NCBI RefSeq assembly: GCF_018350175.1
Contig: NC_058383.1
Location: 12,402,001-12,466,000, forward strand
Direction: 5' to 3'
DNA from: Felis catus
Taxonomy: Eukaryota
DNA: 64,000 bases
Positions 12,576-24,662 of this stretch are shown here, one piece after another (position 1 is the first letter of the stretch; every line of letters starts with the position of its first letter). The notes under the pieces are model-generated. The model was not told the origin of the DNA, ran no database searches, and was given only the letters and a program-made list of their open reading frames with translations. The position numbers and the translations under genes were made by a program.

Positions 12576-13115
12576 AGAAATGCATTTCCTATTCAAATGA
12601 CTGACCAATGCAGGTGCTTCTGGTTGGTAGCAGCCTTCAACAAGGTGTTCAGGAATCCGGGTTCCTTCTATCTTGTAGTTGGGACATCCTATGAGGCCTC
12701 AGAGTCCCCGCAATCCAATCAGTGGGTGGGGTAAAAGCCCGACCCCCGGTTAAACTCTTCAGGCTATAAATGGCACTTCACCCATAGTCCACGGCCAGAT
12801 GTCATGATGCCAGTGGGAGAGAATGTATTTTCTCACCTCCCTGGGGGAGGAGGCTTTGGCCACCGTGAGTCATCTTGCCACCGATATCCACATACTTCTT
12901 TTCTTCCACATGTGCAAATACCTACCCCTCCTTGGCTGTCCCCGATGACAGCACCCAGTGCCAAGCACAGGAGTGAAGAACAGCCATTTCCACACAGTTT
13001 TGGCAAAGCTCCTTGTGGTATGGTATGTCACGCAGTGAAAATAAAGCTGTCTACCCTCCGTATCCTCAATATACATGGTGGTGACAAGGCAGGGACCAGA
13101 GAACCCAACCACTAG

Positions 13116-13847
13116 TCATCATCATCATCATCACCACCATCACTATCATCATCTTCATCACCATCATCATCACCATCATCACCATCACCATCATCATCTT
13201 CATCATCGCCATCATCATCATCATCACCACCATGGCTATAATCATCTTCATCACCATCATCATAACCATCATCACCATCACCATCATCATCTTCATCACC
13301 ATCATCATCACCATCATCATCACCATCATCACCATCACCATCATCTTCATCACCATCATCATCACCACCACCACCATCATCACCACCATCACCACCATCA
13401 TCATCACCACCACCACCATCATCATCACCACCATCACCACCATCATCACCATCATCATCTTCATCACCATCATCACCACCATCATCACCATCACCATCAT
13501 CATCTTCATCACCATCATCATCACCACCATCACCACCATCATCACCATCATCATCTTCATCACCATCATCACCACCATCATCACCATCACCATCATCATC
13601 TTCATCACCATCATCATCACCACCACCATCATCTTCATCACCATCATGATCACCACCACCACCATCATGATCACCACCATCACCATCATGATCACCACCA
13701 CCACCATCATGATCACCACCATCACCATCATGATCACCACCACCACCACCATCATCACCACCATCATTATCATCATCACCACTACCATCATCACCATCAG
13801 CATCATCACCACCATCATCACCACCATCATCACCATCACCATCATCA
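13116..13847. repeat. Complex (CAT/CAC)n trinucleotide array, about 730 bp
   Basis: Directly visible; 3-bp phase is kept throughout. Confidence 0.99.
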
Positions 13848-14279
13848 ATAATAAAAGAACAAAAGTCTCTCACTCCTCTCTCCTGAAGGAAAGCCAGCAC
13901 ACTCCAGTTACATCTTATTTTCTAACTTTTGTCCACCCGAGCTACAGCCTTAGAAGCTTTCAGCTCGCCTTCTAAGCTATTCCAGACAGCGCTGTTTTGT
14001 GTGTCTGTCATGGATCTTCGATACTGGTGTCCTCAAAGCCCACCACCCACACGCCAAGTCAACAGCACATATTTATGGCTTCTTCTGATGGTGACACCTG
14101 TCATCAAGGGGAGCCCGGAAGTGGGAAGATTGCTTCCGAAGAAAGCTTCCATGCTCTTATGCTTAGCAGAATTCTGAAAAGGACCCAAACTGGTATTAGA
14201 AGGAAGTCATTCTGGGAATGGGATGTGCATTTGGCAGGTTAAAAGAGTTTTGTTTATTCTTTTCTTGGAAACAAAGATG

Positions 14280-14490
14280 CGGGTGCCTGGGTGGCTCAGT
14301 CAGTCGAGTGTCCAACTGTTGATTTCAGCTCAGGTCATGATCTCACGGTTTGTGGGATAGAGCCCCACATGAGGTTCAGCGCTGACAGTGGGGACCCTGC
14401 TTGGGATTCTCTCTCCCTCTCTCCCTGCCACACCCTCTCTCTCTCTTTCTGTCTCTCTCTCTCTCTCAAAATAAATAAACTTTAAAAAAT
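14280..14490 (+). mobile_element. Can-SINE
   Basis: gggtgcctgggtggctcagtc head, (CT)n, tail. Confidence 0.95.
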
Positions 14491-14582
14491 GAAACAAAGA
14501 AGCTATGAAATTGTATTCTTTCTTTCAGTGTATCGTTGGTAATTTTGTCTATATTCAAGGACTGATTTAAAAAATACAATTG

Positions 14583-14945
14583 GGGGGCGCCTGGGTGGTT
14601 CAGTCGGTTAAGCGTCCGACTTCGGCTCAGGTCATGATCTCATGGTTCGTGGGTTTGAGCCCCACATCGGGCTCTGTGCTGACAGCTCAGAGCCTGGAGC
14701 CTGCTTCGGATTCTGTGTCTCCCTCTCTCTCTGACCCTCCCCCGTTCATGCTCTGTCTCTCTCTGTCTCAGAAATAAACATTTAAAAATATATATTAAAA
14801 AAACTAATAAAAATGCAATCGGGGCACCTGGGTGGCTCAGTCAGTTAAGTGTCTGATCCTTGATCTCAACTCAGGTCTTGGTCTCAGGGTTGTGAGTTCA
14901 AGCCTGGCTTCAAATTCTGCAATGAGCATGTAGCCTACTTAAACA
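14583..14945 (+). mobile_element. Two tandem Can-SINEs (full-length, then a short form lacking (CT)n)
   Basis: Heads at about 14583 and 14821; the second ends tagcctacttaaa. Confidence 0.9.
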
Positions 14946-15394
14946 TTGAATACAGTCAACTTGGTAGCAAGTCCTCTAGGCTCTATATGTCTATATCGTC
15001 CCTTCTGAGTGGTCTTAATAGTCCATATTTGCATCCCAGCTATGTTCTTCTTTGCAAACCATCTTCAGAGCCCCTAACCCCTTCTCTTGACTTTCTTCAT
15101 TGTGCCAAAGCTTCCTTACACTACCTCCAAAAACCTTCCAAAGGTATCCATTACCAAATCTGGCCAGTAAAATGGAAGGTCAGAGTGGTCCCACATGGGG
15201 TCAAAACTATGGTATGTATTTCAGGAAGGGCATGCAAGGAATCTGTGTTCGAGAATCACGGGTGAAGATTTGTCAAAACAAAGGTGGGAACCTGGGGATA
15301 TGTACATTCGTTATCTTTCGTTTTCTGAAAAAAAATCATTGAGGAAAGCTCTCATGTATACCTGTGAACCCACCAGTTTAAAAAACAAAGACTT

Positions 15395-15625
15395 GGGGGC
15401 ACCTGGGTGGCTCAGTCGGTTAAGCACCCTAGTTCACTCGGCTCAGGTCACGATCTCATGGTGTATGAGATCCAGCCCTCCCTCAGGCTCTCTGCTGACA
15501 GCGTGGAGCCTACTTGGGATTCTCCCTCCCTCTCTCTCTCTCTCTCTTTCTCTCCCTCTCTCTCTGCCCCTGGTCCACTCACACTCTCAAAATAAACCAA
15601 TAAACTTCAAAAAATAAATAAGTAA
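15395..15625 (+). mobile_element. Can-SINE
   Basis: Head, (CT)n, tail. Confidence 0.95.
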
Positions 15626-15639
15626 AGAGCTACACATCC

Positions 15640-16090
15640 ATTAGAAGGTCCCCCCCTCCCCGCACCACACTGCTGTAACAGGGTCACCGCACCTCTCCCC
15701 CATCGCCCAGAGTCTCCAGTCACCTGGGGGTTCTGTTCCCCGTGGGTATCTTTATACTTCTTTATACTTTTACACCGTGTGTAGCATTATCTCGTATATT
15801 CTTGCACCTCAAACAAACGATACGCTGTAGTCCCTCCCATACAACTTCCTTTTTCCCCTCCACCTTGTATTTGTAAGATTTATCCACGTTGAAAGACACA
15901 GTTCTACTTTGTTCGTTTTCTGCTTCCGTTCGGTGGTTCCCTCTGTGAAGATACCACCATTTGGTTGCCTATTCCCACGCCATTGGGCATTTACTTTGTT
16001 CCCAACCTGCCACGATTGCATAAATACCTGCTATGGCCATTGCTGTATATGCTTCCTTGTCCCACTGATATATTTTCAAGAGTTTCCCAG
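15640..16090 (-). mobile_element. Old L1 (L1ME-like) 3' remnant
   Basis: tgtaagatttatccacgttg...ataccaccatttggttgcctattccc...cattgggcatttactttgttcccaac. Confidence 0.55.
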
Positions 16091-16127
16091 TGATTTTGCT
16101 CGACCATCCGGGTCAAGAACTGAGCCT

Positions 16128-16325
16128 CCAGGGCAGGAATTCTCAGAACATGGTCCTGGGACCGGCACGCATTGGTACCACCCGGGGCACCTGTCAGAGA
16201 TGCAAATCAGTGGGCCCCACCTCAGATTTCCTGAGTCAGAAACTGGAGGGACAGGGGACAGTATACGTTAGTTTAGCAAGCTTTCCGGTTTTAACAAGAT
16301 TCTGATGCTTGCCAGCATCTGTAAG
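16128..16325. mobile_element. MER5A-like hAT-Charlie MITE
   Basis: tgtcagagatgcaaatcagtgggccccacctcagatttcctgagtcagaaact...tttaacaag..gattctgatgc. Confidence 0.75.
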
Positions 16326-16494
16326 TACGCTGTTTTAACTTAGTGTAATGATGCCCCTCGTTTTGCGTGATCCGTGACCTAAAATATCCACAGTGTTTAT
16401 GCAATGGCCACAACATTGACACAGATACAGAAACTCCCGCTGGCCACTTCGAAGTAGTCGTTTTAATGCATTTTAATGAAATATACTAAGGTCA

Positions 16495-16955
16495 GGGGCA
16501 CCCGAGCGGCTCAGTCCGTTCAACACCCCACCCTTGGTTTCGGCTCAGGTCATGATCTCACGGTTCTTGAGACGGAGCCCCGTGTTGGGCACTGACAGTG
16601 TGGAGCCTGCTTGGGATTCTCTCTATCCCTCTCTCTGCCACTCCCCCACTCACACACACACACACACACACACACTCTCTCTCTCAAAATAAGCATTAAA
16701 AAATAGAAATATGCTGGGACACCTGGGTGGCTCGGCGGTTAAGCGGCCGACTTCGGCTCAGGTTATGATCTCGCGGTCCGTGAGTTCGAGCCCCGCGTCG
16801 GGCTCCGTGCTGACAGCTCAGAGCCTGGAGCCTGTTTCAGATTCTGTGTCTCCCTCTCTCTGACCCTCCTCCGTTCATGCTCTGTCTCTCTCTGTCTCAA
16901 AAATAAATAAAAACGTTAAAAAATTTTTTAAAATTTAAAAAAAATTAAAAAAAAA
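16495..16955 (+). mobile_element. Two tandem Can-SINEs
   Basis: Heads at about 16495 and 16717; gaaatatactaaggtc / gaaatacgctaaggtc flank the pair. Confidence 0.93.
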
Positions 16956-17689
16956 TAGAAATACGCTAAGGTCTAAGGAGGAGCTTTGAAAATCCGGAAG
17001 CATAATCCAAATTAGTAACGGTCGATGCGGTATATGTTTGGAAACACCGTTGTTACTCTCTAAGTCAGGACTCCTGCCTCTCCAGACAACACCCAGAGAA
17101 GGCAGAAACACAAAAGCGTACAGTCATTCCAGTCGAGTGTAAGTGTTTAAAAAAAAACAACGCTCAAGAGCATCTGAGGCATTAAATGTATTTCTGAATG
17201 AGTTTCAGTATCATCACCCATATGGCATGGAATTGTTTCCTCTGTCTTTCAATGTGTGCTCCTGCTTGTGTTTTGGCTGGCTGGGCCAACTTCAAACCCC
17301 ATGCTCTCGACACAAACAAACAAACAAACAAAAAGTCATTTATCTCTGGGTTTGTTGGTGAGGCATGGCAGCTTTCTGGAGCGAGGTGGAGCGGTGGGCA
17401 CGGGGTGAGAATCACCCATCCATCACACACTGGGGGAAGTGTATCGGCCGGGTCAGCGAACTAGGCATGGCTCAGAGCCCGATGGGCTTAGCCTTTTCTC
17501 CCGATGATCCAGAAAAACTGCTGCTGCGGGCTTTCGGTGTCACTGGGTATTTCCAGGAGGTGAATCCGTATGACTTCGGGTCATGTGACCAGAACACAGA
17601 TACAGAAATCCAAAAATTGCCAATAGTTTTCGTCCGGGGTAGGGTCTGGTGCGAGGGCAGGGAGGGAACTGTCAAGAATCAGACATGCA

Positions 17690-17917
17690 GGGGCGCCTGG
17701 GTGGCGCAGTCGGTTAAGCGTCCGACTTCAGCCAGGTCACGAGCTCGCGGTCCGTGAGTTCGAGCCCCGCGTCGGGCTCTGGGCTGATGGCTTGGAGCCT
17801 GGAGCCTGTTTCCGATTCTGTGTCTCCTTCTCTCTCTGCCCCTCCCCCGTTCATGCTCTGTCTCTCTCTGTCCCAAAAATAAATAAACGTTGAAAAAAAA
17901 AATTAAAAAAAAAAAAA
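17690..17917 (+). mobile_element. Young felid Can-SINE (SINEC_Fc type)
   Basis: Perfect TSD aagaatcagacatgc (17674-17688 / 17918-17932) and long A-tail. Confidence 0.98.
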
Positions 17918-18389
17918 AAGAATCAGACATGCTTCCATGCTTACCGAGAGACTAGGGTTACCCAAAGGTAACTGCGGACCGGAAGCTCGAGTCCTAGGAC
18001 AAAGCAGAGCAGACACGGGGCACAGGGAGTCCATTAGCAAAAGGGACGTGGTGTGACCCTGGCTTCAGGCGGGAACCAGGTGGGGCAGCCGTGAGACATC
18101 CTTCTAAGGATCAGGGCCGTCCAAAGAATAACTTAAAGGCAAGTCCTTGGATGGAGAAGTGGGGCACGTAAGTACATCCAGGGTTGATCGGCTTAGGCTC
18201 AAGAACATGGGCACGTAAGGGGTGGGCTAAGTCTGTGTGGGACGTCAGTGAGCCCAGACGTAAGGGGCTGGGGAAGGCAGATCATGGGAAAATAAGGAGC
18301 GAGGCAACAGAGAAGGGAGAAGATAAAATAAGTCAAATGTTTAGTCTATTGGCATATGCCTCTCTTTTCCCAAAAGGTATTTTCTTAAG

Positions 18390-19010
18390 ATTTTTTTTTT
18401 TAATGTTTATTTCTTCTGAGAGACAGCAAGCAGGGGAGGGACAGAGAGAGAGGGAGACAGACAATCCCAAGCAGGCTCTGTGCCATTAGCATAGAGCCAA
18501 GCCCAGGGCTCGAACTCACGAATGGTAAGGTCAGGACCTGTACTGAAGTCAACAGTTGGATGCTTGGGGCACCTGGGGAGCTCAGTCGGTTAAGCAGCCG
18601 ACTCTTGATTTCAGCTCAGGTCATGATCTCCTGGTCCGTGAGTTTAAGCCCTGCATCAGGCTCTGCACTGACAGTAGGGAGCCTGCTTGGGATTCTCTCT
18701 CTCTCCCCGTGTCTCTGCCCCTTCCCCCACTTGTGCGCTCTCTCTCTCTAAAAATAAATGAATAAACTTTATTTTCTTTAATGTTTTTATTTATTTTTGA
18801 GACAGAGAGAGACAGTGCATGAGCGGGGGAGGGGCAGAGAGAGAGGGAGACACAGAATCGGAAGCAGGCTCCAGGCTCTGAGCCATCAGCCCAGAGCCCG
18901 ACGCAGGGCTCGAACTCCTGGACCGTGAGGTCGTGACCTGAGCCGAAGTCGGACACTTAACCGACGGAGCCACCCAGGCGCCCCATAAATGAATAAACTT
19001 AAAAAAAAAG
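18390..19010. mobile_element. Cluster of three Can-SINEs (-, +, -)
   Basis: Minus copy about 18390-18563, plus copy about 18566-18770, minus copy about 18775-18984 inserted in the plus copy's tail (TSD ataaatgaataaactt). Confidence 0.92.
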
Positions 19011-20449
19011 AGAGAGAGGGGGCGCCTGAGTCCAGATAAACTCTGGCCCCCAAGACCAGCACCCACAGTGTGAGAGAGCGGAGTTCACTCAGTGGAGCCC
19101 CACAGAAGGGACAGTACCTTCTCGAGTCACACTCAACCCCTGGGAAGGCACGGTCTCGGGGAAAAAAAAATCATAGGCTCAGAAAAAATAAGGAGAACAG
19201 AGTCCTGGTAGGAAGTGTTCTGCCTTCCACCCTGCCCACCATCTTGTGGGGACAAGTATTGGTCCCGGGAGATTGGAGACCCCTCAAGTTTGACAAGCCC
19301 GGAAAGGCTAGGGCTTCCCTCAAGGAGTCCTAAGTAAACAACGGTGTAACTCACAAAGCAAACTCTCGCTCATCTGCAAGGCAAATTTATGCAAATCCAC
19401 CGGTGGCCAGAGGTTGGTTTTATTACCCATCCCCCGCACCACTGTCTCCGGGGACAACACCAGAATCTTTGGGCCACTCGGCATTTGTGGAACTGAACTG
19501 AACCCGCATTTGAAGCCAAGTGTTCACGGACAACTTTTGGAGTGCCAGGCGGCGTGCCCCAGGAGGAGAACAAAGGTGAATTAGACCCAATTTCTGGAGG
19601 AGGCAAGCACTCGGTAGGAGAAACAATGTGTCCGTGGATCACTCCAGACTTCGGTGGTCAACCCCGAAACATTTATGTCAAGTGTGGGGTCGTCCTCGCT
19701 CCCCTAAAAAGAGCTTCTGATTCTGTAGTGATTTCACCAAAGCGTTCGACAGACATCTGGAAACAGGGCCATTGCAAAAGGTGGATTTATTACTACATGG
19801 TGGCCTTCAATATCATACCGTTTGCTTGGGAATAAAACCAATCGTAAATTGGGCACATTGTGGACTGGATTTCGTCAACGAGATACTGAGTGGACACTCG
19901 AACAACCACGTATTATCCTGAGCCCTGGGCCAGCTACTCTATATGATTTCTCTCTAATCTTTTCTATCACTCATACACACCAATTGTCAACATGGGCCCA
20001 GAAATGGGAATACTTTGTTCATTCATTTAAAAAAAAAAGGAAGGGGGAGGGGTTGTTGTCGTTGACATACACCATTCTCTTTCGCGTGCTTCTCTAAAAG
20101 CACACTTAAATTAAACAATAGTTTTGCTTTCTACGAAGCCAACTTTGCCTGGGTCTCCTGCGGAGGAGACGGGAAATGGCGGCAAGAACCCCCAATGTGT
20201 CTAAGGCCATTGGATGGGAAGTTATCCATAACATCCGCCATCATTTTGCTTATTAGTGAATAAGTACGGTTCACGCCAGAGAGAGGTCTGGGTAGAAATG
20301 ACAAACACCTTCAGATGGAATCCCTGTGCTTCCAAAGGTAGAGTCACAGTCGGCTCCCCCTCTGGCTCTGACGAGTCGTGTGTTGCATACCCACAGGCTC
20401 GGGGTGGGCGGGTGGGGGTCGAGTCTGGAAGGGAAGCAGAGCCACTGGA

Positions 20450-20860
20450 CCCATTTCCTACAGCGGCTGCAACAAATTATCACCGAAGAGGTGACTCAAA
20501 ACAACAGACACTTATTCTCTTGTGGCTCTGGAGGCCCGAAGTCCAAAATCGGTAGCCCTGGGCCAAAATCAAGGAGATTTGCTGCGTTTCCAGCTTCTGC
20601 TGGCTGCCAGTGTTCCTTGGCTTTTGGGGCCACATCATGCGTCTCTCTGCCCCCACCTTTTCCGCAGTGTTTGCTGTCTCTCCCTCTGCCCCTCTTGGTT
20701 GTGCCAGCATTCGGGGCCCCACCCAGAAACTCCAGGACACCCGCAAGATCCTTCATTTAGTCACATCTGCAAAGACCCTCTTTCCAAATAAGATCACACG
20801 TACAGGTTCCAGGGAGTAGGGTCTGATCCCCGTGGGAGCCGTTATTCTGCCTACCTCACC
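20450..20860 (-). mobile_element. MaLR LTR (MLT1C/D-like)
   Basis: gctgcaacaaattatcacc...aaaacaacagacacttattctct...tctggaggcccgaagtccaaaatc...tcacatctgcaaagaccctctttccaaataagatcac. Confidence 0.8.
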
Positions 20861-21029
20861 AGGCCCCCCATGAGGTCGGCATCACGCTGGTTCTTCTCCG
20901 GAAATTAACCCACGCTTGGCATCTTCCCTTTCTCCACCTGCTCCCACCGCTCCCCAATCGTTGTCTCTCCAGAGCCAGACTCTCGCCATATCTCCAGACT
21001 GCCCTGTTTCAGGGGCAGGAATTGGGAAT

Positions 21030-21455
21030 TGGCTGAGCTGGTCTTTAACAAAGTACCATAGACTGAGCAGCTTAACCAACGTCCATTTATCGTCTCGTAG
21101 TTCTGGAGGCGCGAAGTCCAAGAACAAGGTGTCGGCAGGGTTGAGTCCTTCTGAGGGCTGTGAGGAAGGATGGATCCGTTCCTCGCTTCTCCCCCAGTGT
21201 CTGGTGGTGCGTTGGCAGTCTTTGGCATTCCTGGCGTAGTAGGTCTTTGCCTCTGCCTGTTGTGTGGGGCCGAGTTTTCTCCTTTTTGTAAAGACTCCAT
21301 TCATGGCGGATGACGGATCCCCTCTACTGTAGTATGACCTCATCTCAAGTACATTGGCAACAACTGTCTCCCCTAAATAAGGTCACAATCTGAGATACTG
21401 AGGGCAAGGGCTTCAATGTGAACTTGTGCGGAACGTAATTCAAGCCAGGATAGTG
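21030..21455 (-). mobile_element. MaLR LTR (MLT1B-like)
   Basis: taacaaagtaccatagactg...agttctggaggc..gaagtccaagaacaaggtgtcggcagggttg...tatgacctcatct...taaataaggtcaca. Confidence 0.8.
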
Positions 21456-21669
21456 TCCACGGGCCTCGTGCCTTCTTACAGATTTCTCTGCTGCTAACCA
21501 CCTTTCTCGATTTCTGTCTGCCCCCAACATCCGGACATCCTCTCTGTATCTTCCTGACTAGGACAACCCTGGTGCATGGTGTCGGGTAGACGGGCTCAGA
21601 CTGCTTCCCTGGCCTTCCACCAAATGACTATCATCTTACTGGTGCCTTGCCTGTTGGCCTGGGATTCCT

Positions 21670-21885
21670 TTCTTTATGTTTATTTATCTTTAAGAGAGAG
21701 AGAGAGAGAGAGAGAGTGTGTGAGCAGGGGAGGAGCAGAGAGAGAGGGAGACACAAAATCTGAAGCAGGCTCCAGGGTCCGTCCTGTCAGCACAGAGCCC
21801 CACGTGGGGCTCGAACTCACGAACCATGAGATCGTGACCTGGGTCGAAGTCGGAGGCTTAACCGACCGAGCCACCCAGGCCCCCC
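21670..21885 (-). mobile_element. Can-SINE
   Basis: Antisense copy; TSD-like ggcctgggattcct / ggcctggaattctt. Confidence 0.95.
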
Positions 21886-22276
21886 GGCCTGGAATTCTTT
21901 ACAGCACTTGAGCTATCGTGCTAAGGCAGTGTAGGCATTCAATAAACAGCCATCGAGTTAGTTGATTGATTCATTACCACCGAACAGGTGGGATGTACTT
22001 GCAGATTCGGACATACTCACATTGGCACAAGTGCACGAACGTAAGCCACACTCAGCCACCCCTTCAGACCTGACATTACCCAGCAGTGAGATAACAGATA
22101 AGTGGCTAAGAATCCATAATTCTACAACTCATCCATCATTCTCTTGCGTTGTAGGCCCAGGTTACACATGGGAGCAAAGGAAGAAGCACAGAGCTTTCTG
22201 ATAAATCACTAAAGAAGACGAGCATGCGTAGTCCCTAGCTACTCTCAAACACTCCCGTTAAGAAGAACAGAGCCTA

Positions 22277-22695
22277 GCGCGCCTGGGGGGCTCAGTCGGT
22301 TAAGCGTCCGACTTCAGCTCAGGTCATGATCTCCCGGTTCCTGGGTTCGAGCCCCGCATCGGGCTCTGTGCTGACAGCTCGGAGCCTGGAGCCTGCTTCG
22401 GATTCCGTGTCTCCCTCTCTCCGTCCCTCCCCCTCTCATGCTCTGTCTCTCAAAACTAAATAAACATTAAAAAGAAAAGGGCACCTGGGTGGCTCGATCG
22501 GTTAAGCATCTGACTTCGGCTCAGGTCATGATCTCACGGTTCATGTGTTCAAGCCCCGAGTCGGGCTCTGTGCTGACATCTCAGGGCCCGGAGCCCGCTT
22601 CGGATTCTGTGTCTCCCTCTCTTTGCCCCTCCCCTGCTCCCACTCTGTGTGTGTCTCTCTCACACAAATAAATATTTAAAAATTTTTTTGAAGAC
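22277..22695 (+). mobile_element. Two tandem Can-SINEs
   Basis: Heads at about 22277 and 22478. Confidence 0.93.
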
Positions 22696-22776
22696 AGAAA
22701 GAAAAGAAAAACAGACCCTGTCTCTTTGTGGCTTCAGAGTCATAGAAAGTCAGTGTGATAGAATCCACCCAGGAAT

Positions 22777-23014
22777 GGGGCGCCTGGGTGGCGCAGTCGG
22801 TTAAGCGTCCGACTTCAGCCAGGTCACGATCTCGCGGTCCGTGAGTTCGAGCCCTGTGTCAGGCTCTGGGCTGATGGCTCAGAGTCTGGAGCCTGTTTCT
22901 GATTCTGTGTCTCCCTCTCTCTCTGCCCCTCCCCCGTTCATGCTCTGTCTCTCTCTGTCCCAAAAATAAATAAACGTTGAAACAAACAAACAAACAAACA
23001 AACAAACAAACAAA
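22777..23014 (+). mobile_element. Young felid Can-SINE with (AAAC)n tail
   Basis: Perfect TSD agaatccacccaggaa (22760-22775 / 23015-23030). Confidence 0.98.
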
Positions 23015-23454
23015 AGAATCCACCCAGGAAAACTAACCAGGAATGATGTTAGGCAGCCCACTTAGCACTCAGGTCAAGCTTAGTAGCCCCATAACTGCCC
23101 GGATCTACCTGTCCATTTTCCCCCTCCTGACCCTGTCCTTCCTTTCTTTCTTCTTAGGTGACACTTCTCATCTTCCTCCTCCATTTCTATTTCAACGCCA
23201 TCAGAAGCACCCCAGAAATCCTCACTGAAACACAGATAAACGTGCCGTGAAACATACAAGGTCGTTATCCGTTTCTGAAGTGTCACCCCCCACAAAATGC
23301 CAGGAGCCAACTGAAGAGAGAGAAGGAGGAAGAAGTTTCGTTTCCTCCTCCTCCCAGAGTTCCTTATTTCTTCTCTCATCTCATTTTTTCACGAAGTATC
23401 GAATTCGCGGATAAGACCATTTCTCACCTACGTCAAAGTTATAAAACCTCCGCG

Positions 23455-24475
23455 TACGGGTGGCCGACAGACACGAGACGGGGCTCGACATCCCTCACTC
23501 GCCATCAGGGAAACGCAAATCAAAACCACGGGGAGATGTCACCTCACACCTGTCACAGTGGCCAACATCAACAACCTGGGAAACAACAGGTGTTGGCGAG
23601 GACGTGGAGAGAAAAGAGCCCTGGCGCACTGTCGGTGGGAATGCAAACTGGGGCGGCCACTGTGGAAAACAGTGTGGAGGGTCCTCCAAAGGTTAAAAAG
23701 CAGAACTGTCTTATGATCCAGTAATCGCGCTACTGGGTATTGGCCCTAAGAATACAGAAACACTAACGCAAAGAGATACACGCGCCCCTTGGTTTATTGC
23801 AGCATTATTTACAACAGCCAAATGATGGAAGCAGCCCAAGCGTTCACTGAGAGATGAGGGGAGAAAGAACTTGTGAGAGATCTACATGAATACATACACA
23901 CGTATATATTCAAATATTATTCAGCCATTAACAAAAGAATGAAATCTCGCCATTTGCAACCACGTGGATGGAGCGAAAGAGTATAACGCTGAGCAAGGTA
24001 AGTCAGTCATAGAAAGACAAATACCATGTAATTTCACTCCCATGTGGAATTCAAGAAACAAAACAAATGAGCAAAGGGGTGAAATAGGTGATGGGGATTA
24101 AGAAGGACACTTGTTCTGGGGCGCCTGGGTGGCTCGGTCGGTTGAGCGTCTGACTTCGGCTCAGGTCATGATCTCACAGTTTGTGAGTTCGAGCCCCGTG
24201 TCGGGCTCTGTGCTGACAGCTCAGAGCCTGGAGCCTGCTTTGGATTCTGTGTCTCCCTCTCTCTGCCCCTCCCCTGCTCATGCTCTGTCTCTCTCTGTCT
24301 CAAAAATAAATATAACCATTAAAAAATTTTTTTATTATTGAAAGAAGTGCGCTTTTTCTGGGGAGCACTGGGTGATATATAGAATTGTTGAATCACTATA
24401 TCATACACCTGAAACTAATATAACACTATGTGCTAATTACCCGGGAATTAAAATTAAAAACTTAATTAAAAATGT
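23455..24475 (+). mobile_element. 5'-truncated carnivore L1 (ORF2 C-terminus plus 3' UTR), interrupted by a SINE
   Basis: catcagggaaacgcaaatcaaaaccac, ggtgggaatgcaaactgg, gcagcattatttacaacagcc, gaatgaaatctcgccatttgcaac, cacctgaaactaatataacact. Confidence 0.92.
24117..24340 (+). mobile_element. Can-SINE inside the L1 3' UTR
   Basis: Full head, body and tail. Confidence 0.95.
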
Positions 24476-24486
24476 TATAAAGTCTC

Positions 24487-24662
24487 TGGGGCGCCTGGGT
24501 GCCTCAGTCGGTTGAGCATCTGACTCTTGATTTCGGCTCAGGCCATGATCCCAGGGTTGTGGGATCAAGCCCCTTGTCAGACTCCACGCTGCGTGTGGAG
24601 CCTGCTTGAGATTCTCTCTCCCTCTCCTTCTGCCCTGCCTCTCTAAAATAAAAAAAAAAAAA
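24487..24662 (+). mobile_element. Can-SINE
   Basis: Head, short CT region, A-tail; TSD-like gttataaagtctct / gttacaaagtctct. Confidence 0.93.

Noticed and set aside
13066..13975. Long ORFs encoding poly-His, poly-Asp/Gly, Met/Val and Ile/Thr proteins
   Set aside because: They are by-products of an in-phase trinucleotide array; no unique coding flanks or gene context
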